NCBI GenBank assembly: GCA_018062765.1 | Contig: JAGORR010000001.1 | Location: 10,087 to 74,086 of the forward strand | Reading direction: 5' to 3' | DNA length: 64,000 bases | Origin: Minisyncoccota bacterium | Lineage (GTDB): Bacteria; Patescibacteriota; Minisyncoccia; Phycocordibacterales; Phycocordibacteraceae | Shown here: piece by piece, positions 38,087-47,075 of the stretch | How positions within the stretch are numbered: the first letter of the stretch is position 1 | Layout of the letters: every line of letters starts with the position of its first letter | Notes under the pieces: model-generated | What the model saw: only the letters and a program-made list of their open reading frames with translations | Databases searched by the model: none | Told to the model about the DNA's origin: nothing | Made by a program: the position numbers and the translations under genes

Positions 38087-38168
38087 CCCAGGAGAGGACT
38101 CGAACCTCCATGCCCTTGCGGGCGCTACCACCTCAAGGTAGTACGTCTACCAATTTCGCCACCTGGGC
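38083..38168 (-). tRNA. tRNA-Leu (anticodon GAG), CCA encoded
   Basis: GCCCAGGTGGCGAAATTGGTAGACGT..., anticodon loop TTGAGGT, long variable arm, 3' end ...TGGGCACCA. Confidence 0.85.
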
Positions 38169-38228
38169 ATGAGTGGACTTGGCTACTATACGTGCAGAAG
38201 CGTTGTATTTCAAACGCCCGTGGCGGCC

Positions 38229-38762
38229 TTACGCCGCCACTTCTTCCTTCTTCTCTCCTCCCTCCTCTGCTGCCACTTCCTCAGGAGTTGTTTCTACTGG
38301 CGCCTCGACAGGTGCCGTCTCCTCTGCTGGAGCTTCAGGCTCGTCGACAATGGACTCGTCGGTCGCAATAGAAACCATGCGCATGTTGCGGAGCTGGCGG
38401 CGGACGGCCTTCGCAGCCTTCTCGCGGATGAAGTAAAGCTTCGCGCGGCGGACCTTGGAGCGGCGTACGATAGTGATGCTCTCAATCGCTGGGGAGTAGA
38501 GCGGGTAGATCTTCTCGACGCCGATACCTGACATGGTGGCGCGAACGGTGAAGGTCGCACCCGCCTCGGTACCGTGCTTAACCGCGATGACGAGACCCTC
38601 AAACGCCTGGGTGCGGGTCGTCTTCGTGGACTTCTCCTTCTTGTCGGCGCCCTTGGACTTCTTAACCTCGGTGATGCGCTGCTCGACACGGACAGTGTCG
38701 CCCGGCCGGATGCCGAGTTTCGCGCGCTCTGCCACTTTGACGGGAGAGATGACTGCGTTCAT
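38229..38762 (-). CDS. rplS: 50S ribosomal protein L19 with acidic C-terminal extension
   Basis: RPGDTVRVEQRITE...KRTQAFEGLVIAVKH. Start trimmed to MNAVIS. Confidence 0.9.
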   Translation of the reverse strand: MNAVISPVKVAERAKLGIRPGDTVRVEQRITEVKKSKGADKKEKSTKTTRTQAFEGLVIAVKHGTEAGATFTVRATMSGIGVEKIYPLYSPAIESITIVRRSKVRRAKLYFIREKAAKAVRRQLRNMRMVSIATDESIVDEPEAPAEETAPVEAPVETTPEEVAAEEGGEKKEEVAA

Positions 38763-38785
38763 GACGCAACACTCTACCACGCGGC

Positions 38786-39526
38786 CTATACGCTCGCAAT
38801 GAAGGCATCTCCGCCCGGAAAACGAGGCAATGCGGCGGCAAAATCAGCCGGAACGGGGGCCGTTATAAGAGTGCGCTCACCCGAAGGTAGCGGTAGGTCG
38901 AGGCTGTAGGCATGGAGGCCGAGCCGGGAAAAGCCGAGGTCCATGGAGTGGTTCGGCGCGTAGAGATTATCGCAAATGACGGGGTGGTGGATGGCCTTAA
39001 GATGTACCCGAATTTGGTGGGTGCGGCCAGTCTCCGGCATCGCCTTTATAAGGGAGTGCGTGCCAATGTCCCCTACCACCTCGTAGCGGGTCAGCGCCTC
39101 GCGCATCGTGCCGCGAGCGCGTGGCTGCGCGGAACGCAAACGAAAATCCTTGCGGCTGCGACCTATCGCAAAATCTATGATGCCCTTCTTTTCCTTCGGG
39201 ACACCGTAGACGAACGCGAGGTACGTCTTATGCACGTCACGGTTCTGGAACGCAGACTTGAGGAACGCATGCGCTTCCGAGGTCTTTGCGAGAACGAGCA
39301 CGCCCGAAGTGTCGCGATCTAAACGATGCACAATGCCGGGCTTCGCTATCGTCTCCCCTGCCTGATTCGTAAGTGACTCGCCCACATCCTTCGCGTCCGG
39401 ATAGCGCGATGAAAACCAATCAGCGACCGTCTCACCTTCTGCTTTCCCGTCAGGATGCGTCATTACGCCCGCCGGTTTTGCTACGGCGACCAGTGTCTCG
39501 TTCTCAAAAAGGATGGGGAGTTCCAT
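38786..39526 (-). CDS. RluA-family pseudouridine synthase
   Basis: HRLDRDTSGVLVLAKT catalytic motif. Confidence 0.9.
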   Translation of the reverse strand: MELPILFENETLVAVAKPAGVMTHPDGKAEGETVADWFSSRYPDAKDVGESLTNQAGETIAKPGIVHRLDRDTSGVLVLAKTSEAHAFLKSAFQNRDVHKTYLAFVYGVPKEKKGIIDFAIGRSRKDFRLRSAQPRARGTMREALTRYEVVGDIGTHSLIKAMPETGRTHQIRVHLKAIHHPVICDNLYAPNHSMDLGFSRLGLHAYSLDLPLPSGERTLITAPVPADFAAALPRFPGGDAFIASV

Positions 39527-39548
39527 GCGGCCACCCTACCACAAGGAG

Positions 39549-40232
39549 TCAGCGCCCGTGCCTGCGTTCGCGTTTACCAAACGTTTCTATGATGGAATCG
39601 AATTCTTCCTTCGTGAATCCTGGCCAATACGTTTTCGTAAAAAAGAGCTCGCTGTATACGGACTGCCATGGGAGGAAGTTCGATAAACGCTGGTCCCCTC
39701 CCGTACGAATGATGATGTCCGGGTCGAGCGTGCCCGCGCTCCACATCGCATCACGGAACGACTTCTCATCGACTTCACCTGCACCCTCCGCGAGAAGCTT
39801 GTTCACTGCCGCGAGTATCTCTGCCCTACCGCCATAGGAAAGCGCGATGAGTATGGTTCCTGCCATATTCCCCTCGGTACGCATTTCCGCTTCCTCCATG
39901 CGCTTCTTGAGGGACGCGGGTAAGCGGTGCCGTTCTCCAATGAAACGTACGCGGAACCCTTCCTCCTCGATGGCACGCAAATCATCTCCGCCGAACGTCG
40001 TCTCGAAAAGCTTCATCAGGTACGCCACCTCCTCCGGCGCACGGTTCCAATTCTCAGTAGAGAACCCGTAGAGGATTACCTCTTTCAACCCTGCTTCGCG
40101 CGCCCATCGCACAAGCTCCTTTATCTTCTCGACACCAAGCCGGTGACCTTCATAGGAGGTCATGCCCCGCTCCTTCGCGTAGCGGCGATTGCCGTCCATG
40201 AGTATGCCGATAGATGCGGGTGTAGCTCCCAT
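39549..40232 (-). CDS. uppS: Undecaprenyl-diphosphate synthase (cis-isoprenyl transferase)
   Basis: IGILMDGNRRYA and FSTENWNRAPEEV motifs. Confidence 0.95.
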   Translation of the reverse strand: MGATPASIGILMDGNRRYAKERGMTSYEGHRLGVEKIKELVRWAREAGLKEVILYGFSTENWNRAPEEVAYLMKLFETTFGGDDLRAIEEEGFRVRFIGERHRLPASLKKRMEEAEMRTEGNMAGTILIALSYGGRAEILAAVNKLLAEGAGEVDEKSFRDAMWSAGTLDPDIIIRTGGDQRLSNFLPWQSVYSELFFTKTYWPGFTKEEFDSIIETFGKRERRHGR

Positions 40233-40264
40233 ACGTATCTCTAACTCTCGATATGCTCCGCGCG

Positions 40265-40588
40265 TTACTCGAATCGGATATCGAAAGACTTCATACCACC
40301 CTTGATGGGGTAATACTCGACTTCCACGGAATCCACCTCCGACAGAAAAGAGCCGGTTTCCATGCGCTTCACGAGCTTTTCCAGGGAGACACGCGGACCC
40401 TCCGCGATAACCTCCACGGTCCCGTCGATAAGGTTCCTGACGTAGCCTACGAGACCAAGGCGGCGCGCGAAGCGCTTTACGTAATCCCGGTACATAACCA
40501 TCTGTACCCTGCCCCGTACGATTGCCTCAAGCCTCTCTGACATAGGGCAATTCTTACACACCCTCCGTGTAAGCGGTACGGCTGTCAT
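40265..40588 (-). CDS. acyP: Acylphosphatase
   Basis: VRGRVQMVMYRDYVKRFARRLGLVGYVRNLIDGTVEV. The true start is probably MSERLEA at 40543. Confidence 0.7.
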   Translation of the reverse strand: MTAVPLTRRVCKNCPMSERLEAIVRGRVQMVMYRDYVKRFARRLGLVGYVRNLIDGTVEVIAEGPRVSLEKLVKRMETGSFLSEVDSVEVEYYPIKGGMKSFDIRFE

Positions 40589-41186
40589 GCGTCACAATAG
40601 ACACATGAAATATTTCCTTCTCGGGCTTCTATTCCTAGTAGCTGCTCCGGCGTACGCGGCAACCGCGAGCGTCTCTGGAAGTGCGTCTGTCTGCACGATG
40701 GAATATGCGCCGGTTTGTGGCTACAAAATCCGCTCTGATAACCAGTGCGTTGGCGAGGAGTGCAAGGTCTATCAAACCTACAGCAATCAGTGCATGCTCG
40801 GTGCCGACGGTGCTAAGTTTGCGCACTCGGGCGAGTGCACCGGTAACGAGACCGACGATGATAAAAGCGACGATGACGAAGGAAAGGGCGACGGAGAAGT
40901 CTACACTCCTCCGCAAGGCTGCGTGGCGTGGTACGACGGCTGCAACTCATGCTCTATGAGCGGAGGCGGCGCCGTATGTACGCTTCGCGCTTGTTTCCGC
41001 ATGGAGCCTGGCTACTGCACGATGTGGGACGAGAAACCAATTCCCGTCGAGCCTGATGGCGGCATAGGAGATACACCGACGCCTCCGATTGCAACGGACG
41101 GAAGCGTTGACGGCGAAGTTGTCGCAAACGACACCGAGGTTGGGTTCTTCACTCGGATCTGGCTCAGCGTACTCTCCTGGTTCTAG
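40587..41186 (+). CDS. Secreted Cys-rich protein with Kazal-type protease-inhibitor-like domains and C-terminal hydrophobic anchor
   Basis: Signal peptide MKYFLLGLLFLVAAPAYA (alternative start 40605). CTMEYAPVCGYKIRSDNQC...YSNQCMLGADGAKFAHSGEC fits the Kazal Cys spacing. Confidence 0.55.
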   Translation: MRHNRHMKYFLLGLLFLVAAPAYAATASVSGSASVCTMEYAPVCGYKIRSDNQCVGEECKVYQTYSNQCMLGADGAKFAHSGECTGNETDDDKSDDDEGKGDGEVYTPPQGCVAWYDGCNSCSMSGGGAVCTLRACFRMEPGYCTMWDEKPIPVEPDGGIGDTPTPPIATDGSVDGEVVANDTEVGFFTRIWLSVLSWF

Positions 41187-41229
41187 GGCGCTTTAAAAAA
41201 ACCGCTGTTTGCGCTACCCTTCGGGATAC

Positions 41230-41302
41230 GCGCGGTTAGCTCAGTTGGTAGAGCAACTCATTTACACTGAGAAGGTCGGGGGTTCAAGTCCCTCACCGCG
41301 CA
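41230..41302 (+). tRNA. tRNA-Val (anticodon TAC)
   Basis: GCGCGGTTAGCTCAGTTGGTAGAGC..., anticodon loop TTTACAC, acceptor GCGCGGT/ACCGCGC. Confidence 0.85.
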
Positions 41303-41328
41303 CAGCTGGCTCTTGCGAGCACTAAGCA

Positions 41329-41412
41329 GCCGAAGTGGTGAAATTGGTAGACACGCTACGTTCAGGTCGTAGTGAGGGCAACCTCATGGGAGTTCGAGTC
41401 TCCCCTTCGGCA
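41329..41412 (+). tRNA. tRNA-Leu (anticodon CAG)
   Basis: GCCGAAGTGGTGAAATTGGTAGACACG, anticodon loop TTCAGGT, long variable arm, acceptor GCCGAAG/CTTCGGC. Confidence 0.85.
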
Positions 41413-43110
41413 CTAATCTCTCATTAACAACCTCGCCAGCCGTATCGTGTCGTACGACACCTTCCCGCCGAGCTTCTCGTAGATGGCCTTCAGTCGCCCA
41501 TCCTTAGATGCCCTTATGGCGTCCTGAGCCTTCTTCACCTCTGTCTCGAATCCTTTGGCGAGTCCACGCAGTTCCGACACTTGCGCCTTTCCGGCTTCGA
41601 CAAGTTTCTCCAGGTGCTCGAGTATCGTCCCGGCAGTCCTGCCGCGCGCTTCAGCTACTTGTCGGAGACTCTTCCCTTCCCGCACCAATTCCATCGTGGC
41701 CTCAAGCCGCTTGGCGCCCTCGCGCGCAGCCTTCGGCTTATCTAGTTCCTCCTTGGTAAACGGCGTTTCGACACCACCTGCGGCGCGTATGAAATTCTTT
41801 TCAAGTTGCGCGAGCTCATCCACTCCAAGGTTCGCAAACGTCTCTCGTGCCGCTTCCGAAAGCTCCTTGAACTCCATATCCTTCTCGCGAATCTCAGGAT
41901 GGACCGCGAGCGCTCGCTCGTTTATTCCGGAAAGCGTAAGCCCCTCTCCGCTCCTGACGCGCGAGAGGGCCACGTACCCCTGTCCGTACTCGAACGCCTT
42001 CGAAAGATCGATTAAGGCGGCGTCGAGCGTAAGTCCCTGACTTTTATGCACGGTAATCGCCCACGCGAGCCTCAAGGGAACCTGCGTCACGGTCGCAAGT
42101 ATTTTTCCTGCATCCTCCATCTTCCACTCGGCGGGCTCAGCGAGCACCTCCTCATTATTCTCAAGCACGACGATAGGATGTCCGCCGGTAAACCCGATGA
42201 CAGTGCCGAGTGTTCCATTCGCGTAGCGGCCCATCGGGTCATTCCGAGTAAACATCACACGGCTTCCGGGCTTTATGGTGAGGAACTCTGGCGAAAGGCA
42301 TCCGCGCTTCAGCGCGTCTAGAAGATGATCCGGGCCCTTCCCTTCCATCTCGTAGCGACGCGAAAGCCCTGAGAGCTTCCCGAGCTCTATCTCATTCATG
42401 CGGTCGACGTCCGCGTTATGGGAATAGAGTCGCGTCACTTCTGCGTCGCCTATCTCCGCTGCCTCTTCCTTCACGCGCGACAATAGGTATTCACGGTGAT
42501 CGTCATCCACGGTTCCCGAGCGTATTGCAGAAAGCACACCGAGAAACTCAGCGTCCTCTTGGCGATGCTGCTCGGCCAAGTAGAGCACCAATGGATTCGC
42601 GGCCGTCCATGCTGGCGAAGAAAATGCGAACTGAGTTGAAGGCGAATCCAAAAATCCCGTCGACTGACGCTTCACGACCGGCGGGAGCTGAAAAAAGTCG
42701 CCCACCATCACAACCTGGAGCCCGCCGAAAGGCGCCTGCGCACGACGAATCTCGCGACAGACTGCGTCAACCATCGATAGGGTCTGTGCCGAGAGCATGG
42801 ATATCTCGTCGATGATGAGGACGGTTGCGTTCCGCACCCGGCGGGCAACACGCTCGTTCGCACTGATGCGATCGAGGTCGTACTCAGTGAGGTCCGAGAG
42901 GACACCGATACCGCTCCAGGCGTGTATCGTCATGCCGCCCACATGGGTCGCAGCAATTCCAGTAGAGGCGGTTATTGCAGGCTCAATCCCGCGCTCATGC
43001 AGCCACCGGATGTACGCATTCACCGTATGTGTCTTTCCGCTTCCGGGCTCTCCGGTAAGAAAAGCGTTCGCGCCGGTCTTAAGTATGGAAAGGGCTTCGC
43101 CTTGGGTCAT
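41413..43110 (-). CDS. Pif1/RecD-like SF1 DNA helicase with ~130-aa C-terminal helical/HTH-like extension
   Basis: Walker A LTGEPGSGKTHT, PIF1-type motif GGLQVVMVGDFFQLPPV. The stop codon abuts the tRNA-Leu discriminator. Start trimmed to the ATG at 43108-43110. Confidence 0.75.
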   Translation of the reverse strand: MTQGEALSILKTGANAFLTGEPGSGKTHTVNAYIRWLHERGIEPAITASTGIAATHVGGMTIHAWSGIGVLSDLTEYDLDRISANERVARRVRNATVLIIDEISMLSAQTLSMVDAVCREIRRAQAPFGGLQVVMVGDFFQLPPVVKRQSTGFLDSPSTQFAFSSPAWTAANPLVLYLAEQHRQEDAEFLGVLSAIRSGTVDDDHREYLLSRVKEEAAEIGDAEVTRLYSHNADVDRMNEIELGKLSGLSRRYEMEGKGPDHLLDALKRGCLSPEFLTIKPGSRVMFTRNDPMGRYANGTLGTVIGFTGGHPIVVLENNEEVLAEPAEWKMEDAGKILATVTQVPLRLAWAITVHKSQGLTLDAALIDLSKAFEYGQGYVALSRVRSGEGLTLSGINERALAVHPEIREKDMEFKELSEAARETFANLGVDELAQLEKNFIRAAGGVETPFTKEELDKPKAAREGAKRLEATMELVREGKSLRQVAEARGRTAGTILEHLEKLVEAGKAQVSELRGLAKGFETEVKKAQDAIRASKDGRLKAIYEKLGGKVSYDTIRLARLLMRD

Positions 43111-43133
43111 CCGCGCATTGTAGCAATCGCCAC

Positions 43134-43409
43134 TTAAATACGCCTTCGAATATACGCGACCACACAAAATATAAGTATGAGAATACAAATACCCTTCCAA
43201 ATAAGCAGCCATTCCAACCCTGGCTCGAAGAAGCTCCTGTCGAGCGACACTTCCGCGATATCGGAGAGTGCGAAAGCGACGAAGCAAACCGCAGCGACGC
43301 GCGAGACGTTTTGTGCCGGATGTCCACGCCTTGCGAGCATGAGTACTGAAACGGCGCACAGTAGCCAGAACCCGCTCTCAAGGAGGTTGAACGTGGTGAA
43401 ATCCATCAT
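43134..43409 (-). CDS. Hypothetical small membrane protein (3 TM)
   Basis: Hydrophobic 91-aa ORF wedged between tRNA-Arg and the helicase. Confidence 0.3.
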   Translation of the reverse strand: MMDFTTFNLLESGFWLLCAVSVLMLARRGHPAQNVSRVAAVCFVAFALSDIAEVSLDRSFFEPGLEWLLIWKGICILILIFCVVAYIRRRI

Positions 43410-43411
43410 TG

Positions 43412-43483
43412 TGCCTCCAGCTGGAATCGAACCAACATCGACGGCTTAGAAGTCCGCAGCTCTATCCATTGAGCTATGGAGGC
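43412..43483 (-). tRNA. tRNA-Arg (anticodon TCT), one A/G mismatch in anticodon stem
   Basis: GCCTCCATAGCTCAATGGATAGAGC, anticodon loop CTTCTAA, T-loop TTCGATT, acceptor GCCTCCA/TGGAGGC. Confidence 0.7.
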
Positions 43484-43504
43484 AGATATACCCTATCGCC
43501 CGCA

Positions 43505-43804
43505 CTACGAGGGGTCAACGAACTGGTATTCGCTCCTGTATCTCGCCTCCTCCGCGCGGCGCTCTTCAAACAGTGCCTTTGCGTTCTCGATGTCGCTCGC
43601 GGCGTTCCCTGCTGCACTTCCATCTACTCCCACGGGCTGGCCCTGCGTGACGCGGATAAACGTCCACGCGCTAACGGTGATGCTCGCAATAAGGATGAGC
43701 CCCGCGAGTATAAGGAGTACGGACCAATCGCGCTGCGGCCGAAGCTCATCTCCGTACCGCACGGCGTGCATTGCCTTCTCTTCTATCTGTTTGAGGGTGG
43801 TCAT
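43505..43804 (-). CDS. Hypothetical single-TM protein, last gene of pilM/N/O cluster (PilP-like position)
   Basis: Positional call only, plus one TM helix. Confidence 0.3.
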   Translation of the reverse strand: MTTLKQIEEKAMHAVRYGDELRPQRDWSVLLILAGLILIASITVSAWTFIRVTQGQPVGVDGSAAGNAASDIENAKALFEERRAEEARYRSEYQFVDPS

Positions 43805-44337
43805 GGCTTTGGTTTGAGGTTCCTTGCGCCCACATCTATCGTCATCGTCGCGCGCCAGATGTCGCTCTCCCCTTCCGCACCGGAAGCCGTATCGAGCGTG
43901 AGCGCGGTCGTTTGGATATCATGCGTCCCGTATTCAAGTGACCCTATCGTGCGCATGACGGATGCGAACGAGCCCTCAACCTTCAAGGAAACGGTAAGAT
44001 GCTGCACCGGATTCAGAACCTCGGTAACGGAGCCTACCGTGATGTCCGCACCTAGGCCTCGCGCCGTATCCTCGACGCTCTCAAGAAACGTGACAATACC
44101 TTCCGGCTCTACAAAATAGCCATGTATGGCCGCGCGCTCCGCCTCAGCCTCCGCAAGTGCGCGCTTTGCCTTCTCCCCAGCATCCTTCTGTGCCCGCATC
44201 TGTCCGATCTCTACAAGGAGCTGTGCGCTCTCTGTACTCCTGGCGCCAAGCGTATAGCTTGAAAACGCGTAGGCGCCTGCCGCCGCAATAACCAGCGCGA
44301 GCGCAATTCCGACATGCATGAGCGGGTTCTTGGTCAT
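43801..44337 (-). CDS. pilO: Type IV pilus assembly protein PilO-like
   Basis: N-terminal TM, coiled coil, then a PilO-like periplasmic domain, following pilN. Confidence 0.45.
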   Translation of the reverse strand: MTKNPLMHVGIALALVIAAAGAYAFSSYTLGARSTESAQLLVEIGQMRAQKDAGEKAKRALAEAEAERAAIHGYFVEPEGIVTFLESVEDTARGLGADITVGSVTEVLNPVQHLTVSLKVEGSFASVMRTIGSLEYGTHDIQTTALTLDTASGAEGESDIWRATMTIDVGARNLKPKP

Positions 44338-44897
44338 GGCCTGAATGCGCCGGTGAGAGTAACGGTGAACGCGATGTCTGCATCGTTTGCGTACGCTCCG
44401 ACCGGAAGCTCGACTGAAGCGACGCCAGGAACACCACGGAGCGCGCGTTCATATGCCTGCAGCGCGCTGCGCGTCGTCGCATCTCCCTGAAGCGTCACCT
44501 TCCCGTTTGCAGCCTCGCCTACCGGCGGTGTGTATGAAATACCGCGCAGCGTAACTCCCGAACGAGGAACATCGAGTATCACGCGCATAGTGTGGCTCGC
44601 GGTCGGTGCCGTCTTAAGGCGCGCAAGCCGGGCCGCTTCCGAGGAAAGCGCGTCGAGCTCCTGATTTGCCCCGCTCCCTTCGGCATCAGTAAGCTCAGCG
44701 CGAAGGCGCGCAGCCTCGCTCTGTCGTGCGGACGTTTCTGCGCCAAGGTAGAGGTACGACGGCAATAGGAGCACGGTATGCACAACAATCAACGCCGCGA
44801 GCATGACGAGCGCTACGACGCCCAAGCGTGCGAAGTAGGCACGGCGGAATGCGCGAACGCGCGAAAGCGGCAATAGGTTAATGAGGTTACGGGACAT
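44334..44897 (-). CDS. pilN: Type IV pilus assembly protein PilN-like
   Basis: MSRNLINLLPLSRVRAFRR start and a TM helix. Trimmed to the ATG at 44895-44897, which overlaps the pilM end. Confidence 0.55.
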   Translation of the reverse strand: MSRNLINLLPLSRVRAFRRAYFARLGVVALVMLAALIVVHTVLLLPSYLYLGAETSARQSEAARLRAELTDAEGSGANQELDALSSEAARLARLKTAPTASHTMRVILDVPRSGVTLRGISYTPPVGEAANGKVTLQGDATTRSALQAYERALRGVPGVASVELPVGAYANDADIAFTVTLTGAFRP

Positions 44898-45972
44898 AGG
44901 TGCGTAGCGCGAGACCGATAGCTGTCGCATATGCGAGCGAGTGATTGTATTCGATAGACGGAAGCCATTTGTCGCGAGGTGCCAAATTCGTGAATACGTC
45001 ACCGAGCTCCACCGGAATCTTGAGCCCAGCGGCAAGGTACTCCGGAAGCCCCTTCACCGTCGCGTTCCCGCCGACGACGATGGCACGCGAGATGGGCTCG
45101 TGGTCACCCTCTCCCACAGCTTTGGTCTGCCAGTACTCAAGACGGCGCGCTATTTCCTCTCGTATTGCGGAAACCGTCGAAAGCATTGCAGCTCGATAAT
45201 CTTCGTTCCCTCCTGCGGCGACGAGTCCGCGCTCTACCTTCACGCGACGCGCCTCCTCCTCAGATACGCCGAAATATTTCTGTACGGCCTGTGTGAGCGC
45301 ATGTCCCCCGATGTCGAGCGTCGTGGCGTAGCGCGGAAGCCGATTCGCAACCACGATGAGTTTCGTCGTCGTCTTACCAATATCGATAATGACGACGGTC
45401 GCGGGGTCCCCCGGGCGCAACACTGCACGCGGCATAGAAAAGAGCTCGCTCTCGATAGCACGTACCGACACGCCGGCGTCATCAAATACTGATAGAGACT
45501 GAGTGATAACGCGCCTGGCGTACCCGACGCCGACGATGTGGGTCTCTTCGCCCTTCTTCCCTGCCGGCACGATATCGAACGCGACTTCAGAGGGCGGGAG
45601 CGGGACGAACTCGTCGATACGCGCCTCAACAGCAGTTGCGAGCGCCATTGGCGTCTTCCCCACAACGTCTGCCTCAAAGAGATAGGTGCGCGATTCTGGG
45701 AGCGCGATGGCAGCGGTGCGGATTTTGTTCTTCTTCGCAATCTCAGTTATTGCTTTGATGACTGCGGCAGTGTCCGTAATCTCCGCCGAGGTGAATGCGC
45801 CTTCAGGAAGTATCTCCTCCGCATACGTCGAAAGCTCGAGGCCATGTGCGTGCTCGGTGAGGAGTGCGGCCTTAATTCCACTTACAGAAACGTCGACACC
45901 GAAAGTTGGCATCGAGAGATATTTTGGCGGCGCGAGGTTCACGCGCGCGAAGCGGGCAAAAGATCCGGCCAT
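44887..45972 (-). CDS. pilM: Type IV pilus assembly ATPase-like protein PilM
   Basis: Actin-like fold (FGVDVSVSGIKAAL...IIDIGKTTTKL). Confidence 0.85.
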   Translation of the reverse strand: MAGSFARFARVNLAPPKYLSMPTFGVDVSVSGIKAALLTEHAHGLELSTYAEEILPEGAFTSAEITDTAAVIKAITEIAKKNKIRTAAIALPESRTYLFEADVVGKTPMALATAVEARIDEFVPLPPSEVAFDIVPAGKKGEETHIVGVGYARRVITQSLSVFDDAGVSVRAIESELFSMPRAVLRPGDPATVVIIDIGKTTTKLIVVANRLPRYATTLDIGGHALTQAVQKYFGVSEEEARRVKVERGLVAAGGNEDYRAAMLSTVSAIREEIARRLEYWQTKAVGEGDHEPISRAIVVGGNATVKGLPEYLAAGLKIPVELGDVFTNLAPRDKWLPSIEYNHSLAYATAIGLALRTYVP

Positions 45973-46075
45973 TACCCAAGTATTATACGACTTTATTTCG
46001 TTAGGAGTGCAACGACTTAGGAAATAAGAAGCACCCCTGTGGTGCCGTGACGCACGTTATTAAGCGGAAGACGCG

Positions 46076-46405
46076 CTAGTGAGCAGCAGTTCCTGGTGGA
46101 ACCGGGCGGTCAGGAGTCACGAACGCAAACGACTCGCCCTCTCCTACTGCAAAGAGCATGCCGTTCGACTCCAGTCCCTTGATAGTGCGTGGCTCAAGGT
46201 TCGTAACGAAACAGAGCTGTCGGCCGACAAGCGACTCCGGTTCAGGAACGTATGCCTGGATGCCGGATACAATCTGACGCGGACCGCTTTCCTCGCCGAA
46301 ATCCACCGTGAGGCGCATGAGCTTCTCGGTCTCTGGAACGCGCTCAGCAGTCTTTACGGTACCGACCTTCACTTCAATCTTTGCGAATTCATCTATGGAA
46401 ATCAT
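46076..46405 (-). CDS. tRNA-binding protein (CsaA/Trbp111, EMAP-like OB fold)
   Basis: FAKIEVKVGTVKTAERVPETEKLMRLTVDFGEE signature. Confidence 0.8.
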   Translation of the reverse strand: MISIDEFAKIEVKVGTVKTAERVPETEKLMRLTVDFGEESGPRQIVSGIQAYVPEPESLVGRQLCFVTNLEPRTIKGLESNGMLFAVGEGESFAFVTPDRPVPPGTAAH

Positions 46406-46812
46406 GGTTTTGGGCGCGAGAGGAAGCTGGTAAGGATGAGGGCCGCGGCGGAGTCATCTACGTCAGCACGGGACTGCGGCTTACGAGAACGCTCGCTCGG
46501 TTCCTGCATACGGCGCGCCTCGCGCGTCGTGAAGACCTCGGGCTCCCACGACACCGCGATGCCGGTTGCGTCCGTGAGCCTCGTCGCGAACGTCTTCGCC
46601 TCGTGCGCGACGGGATTCTCCGAGCCGTCGAGCGCGAGAGACTCCCCCATGACAATGCCTCCGACCGAGCGCTCCGCGATGAGCGCTATGATCTTTGGCA
46701 AGAGCTCGGGGTCATTCGGGAGGATGCCACGAGGGAAACCCATCTGCGCATTCTCATCGGAGAGCGCAAGACCGACTTTTTTGGTACCGTAGTCAATGCC
46801 GAGGTATCGCAT
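46402..46812 (-). CDS. ruvX: Putative pre-16S rRNA nuclease / Holliday junction resolvase-like YqgF (RuvX)
   Basis: LGIDYGTKKVGLALSD N-terminal motif. Confidence 0.9.
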   Translation of the reverse strand: MRYLGIDYGTKKVGLALSDENAQMGFPRGILPNDPELLPKIIALIAERSVGGIVMGESLALDGSENPVAHEAKTFATRLTDATGIAVSWEPEVFTTREARRMQEPSERSRKPQSRADVDDSAAALILTSFLSRPKP

Positions 46813-46861
46813 AGGGGCATGGTAGCAAATGCGCCCGGCACGTACATGGATGGGTGGCAGA

Positions 46862-46905
46862 GTGGTCTAATGCGGCTGTATTGTTCAATGAAGCAAGGAG
46901 CGCCA
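46862..46905 (+). other. Degenerate 5'-half copy of tRNA-Ser (pseudo-tRNA fragment)
   Basis: GGGTGGCAGAGTGGTCTAATGCGGCTGTATTG versus the gene GGAGTGGCAGAGTGGTCTATCGCACCTGTCTTG. It does not complete a cloverleaf. Confidence 0.35.
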
Positions 46906-46938
46906 GCGACTATGCTGAATTAATCCTGGGCTCAGCGC

Positions 46939-47023
46939 GGAGGAGTGGCAGAGTGGTCTATCGCACCTGTCTTGAAAACAGGAGTACTGAAAGGTACCGT
47001 GAGTTCGAATCTCACCTCCTCCG
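46939..47023 (+). tRNA. tRNA-Ser (anticodon TGA)
   Basis: Acceptor GGAGGAG/CTCCTCC, anticodon loop CTTGAAA, long variable arm, T-loop TTCGAAT. Confidence 0.85.
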
Positions 47024-47048
47024 CAGTGTGCCCAGGGAAAACAGTTGT

Positions 47049-47075
47049 GTGCGAGTTCTAATCTCACCTCCTCCG
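47049..47075 (+). repeat. Direct duplicate of tRNA-Ser 3' end (T-arm + acceptor) 26 bp downstream of the gene
   Basis: GTGCGAGTTCTAATCTCACCTCCTCCG versus the gene GTGAGTTCGAATCTCACCTCCTCCG. Confidence 0.55.

Noticed and set aside
37943-38131. 62-aa ORF in the ORF track (and 51840-52112, 51844-52047)
   Set aside because: These lie on top of tRNA genes (tRNA-Leu and tRNA-Lys) and their terminator hairpins, so they are non-coding.
43111-43359. N-terminal 83-aa extension of the helicase ORF
   Set aside because: Arg-rich low-complexity, and the region looks like an AT-richer promoter. The helicase core starts at MTQGEAL, before Walker A.
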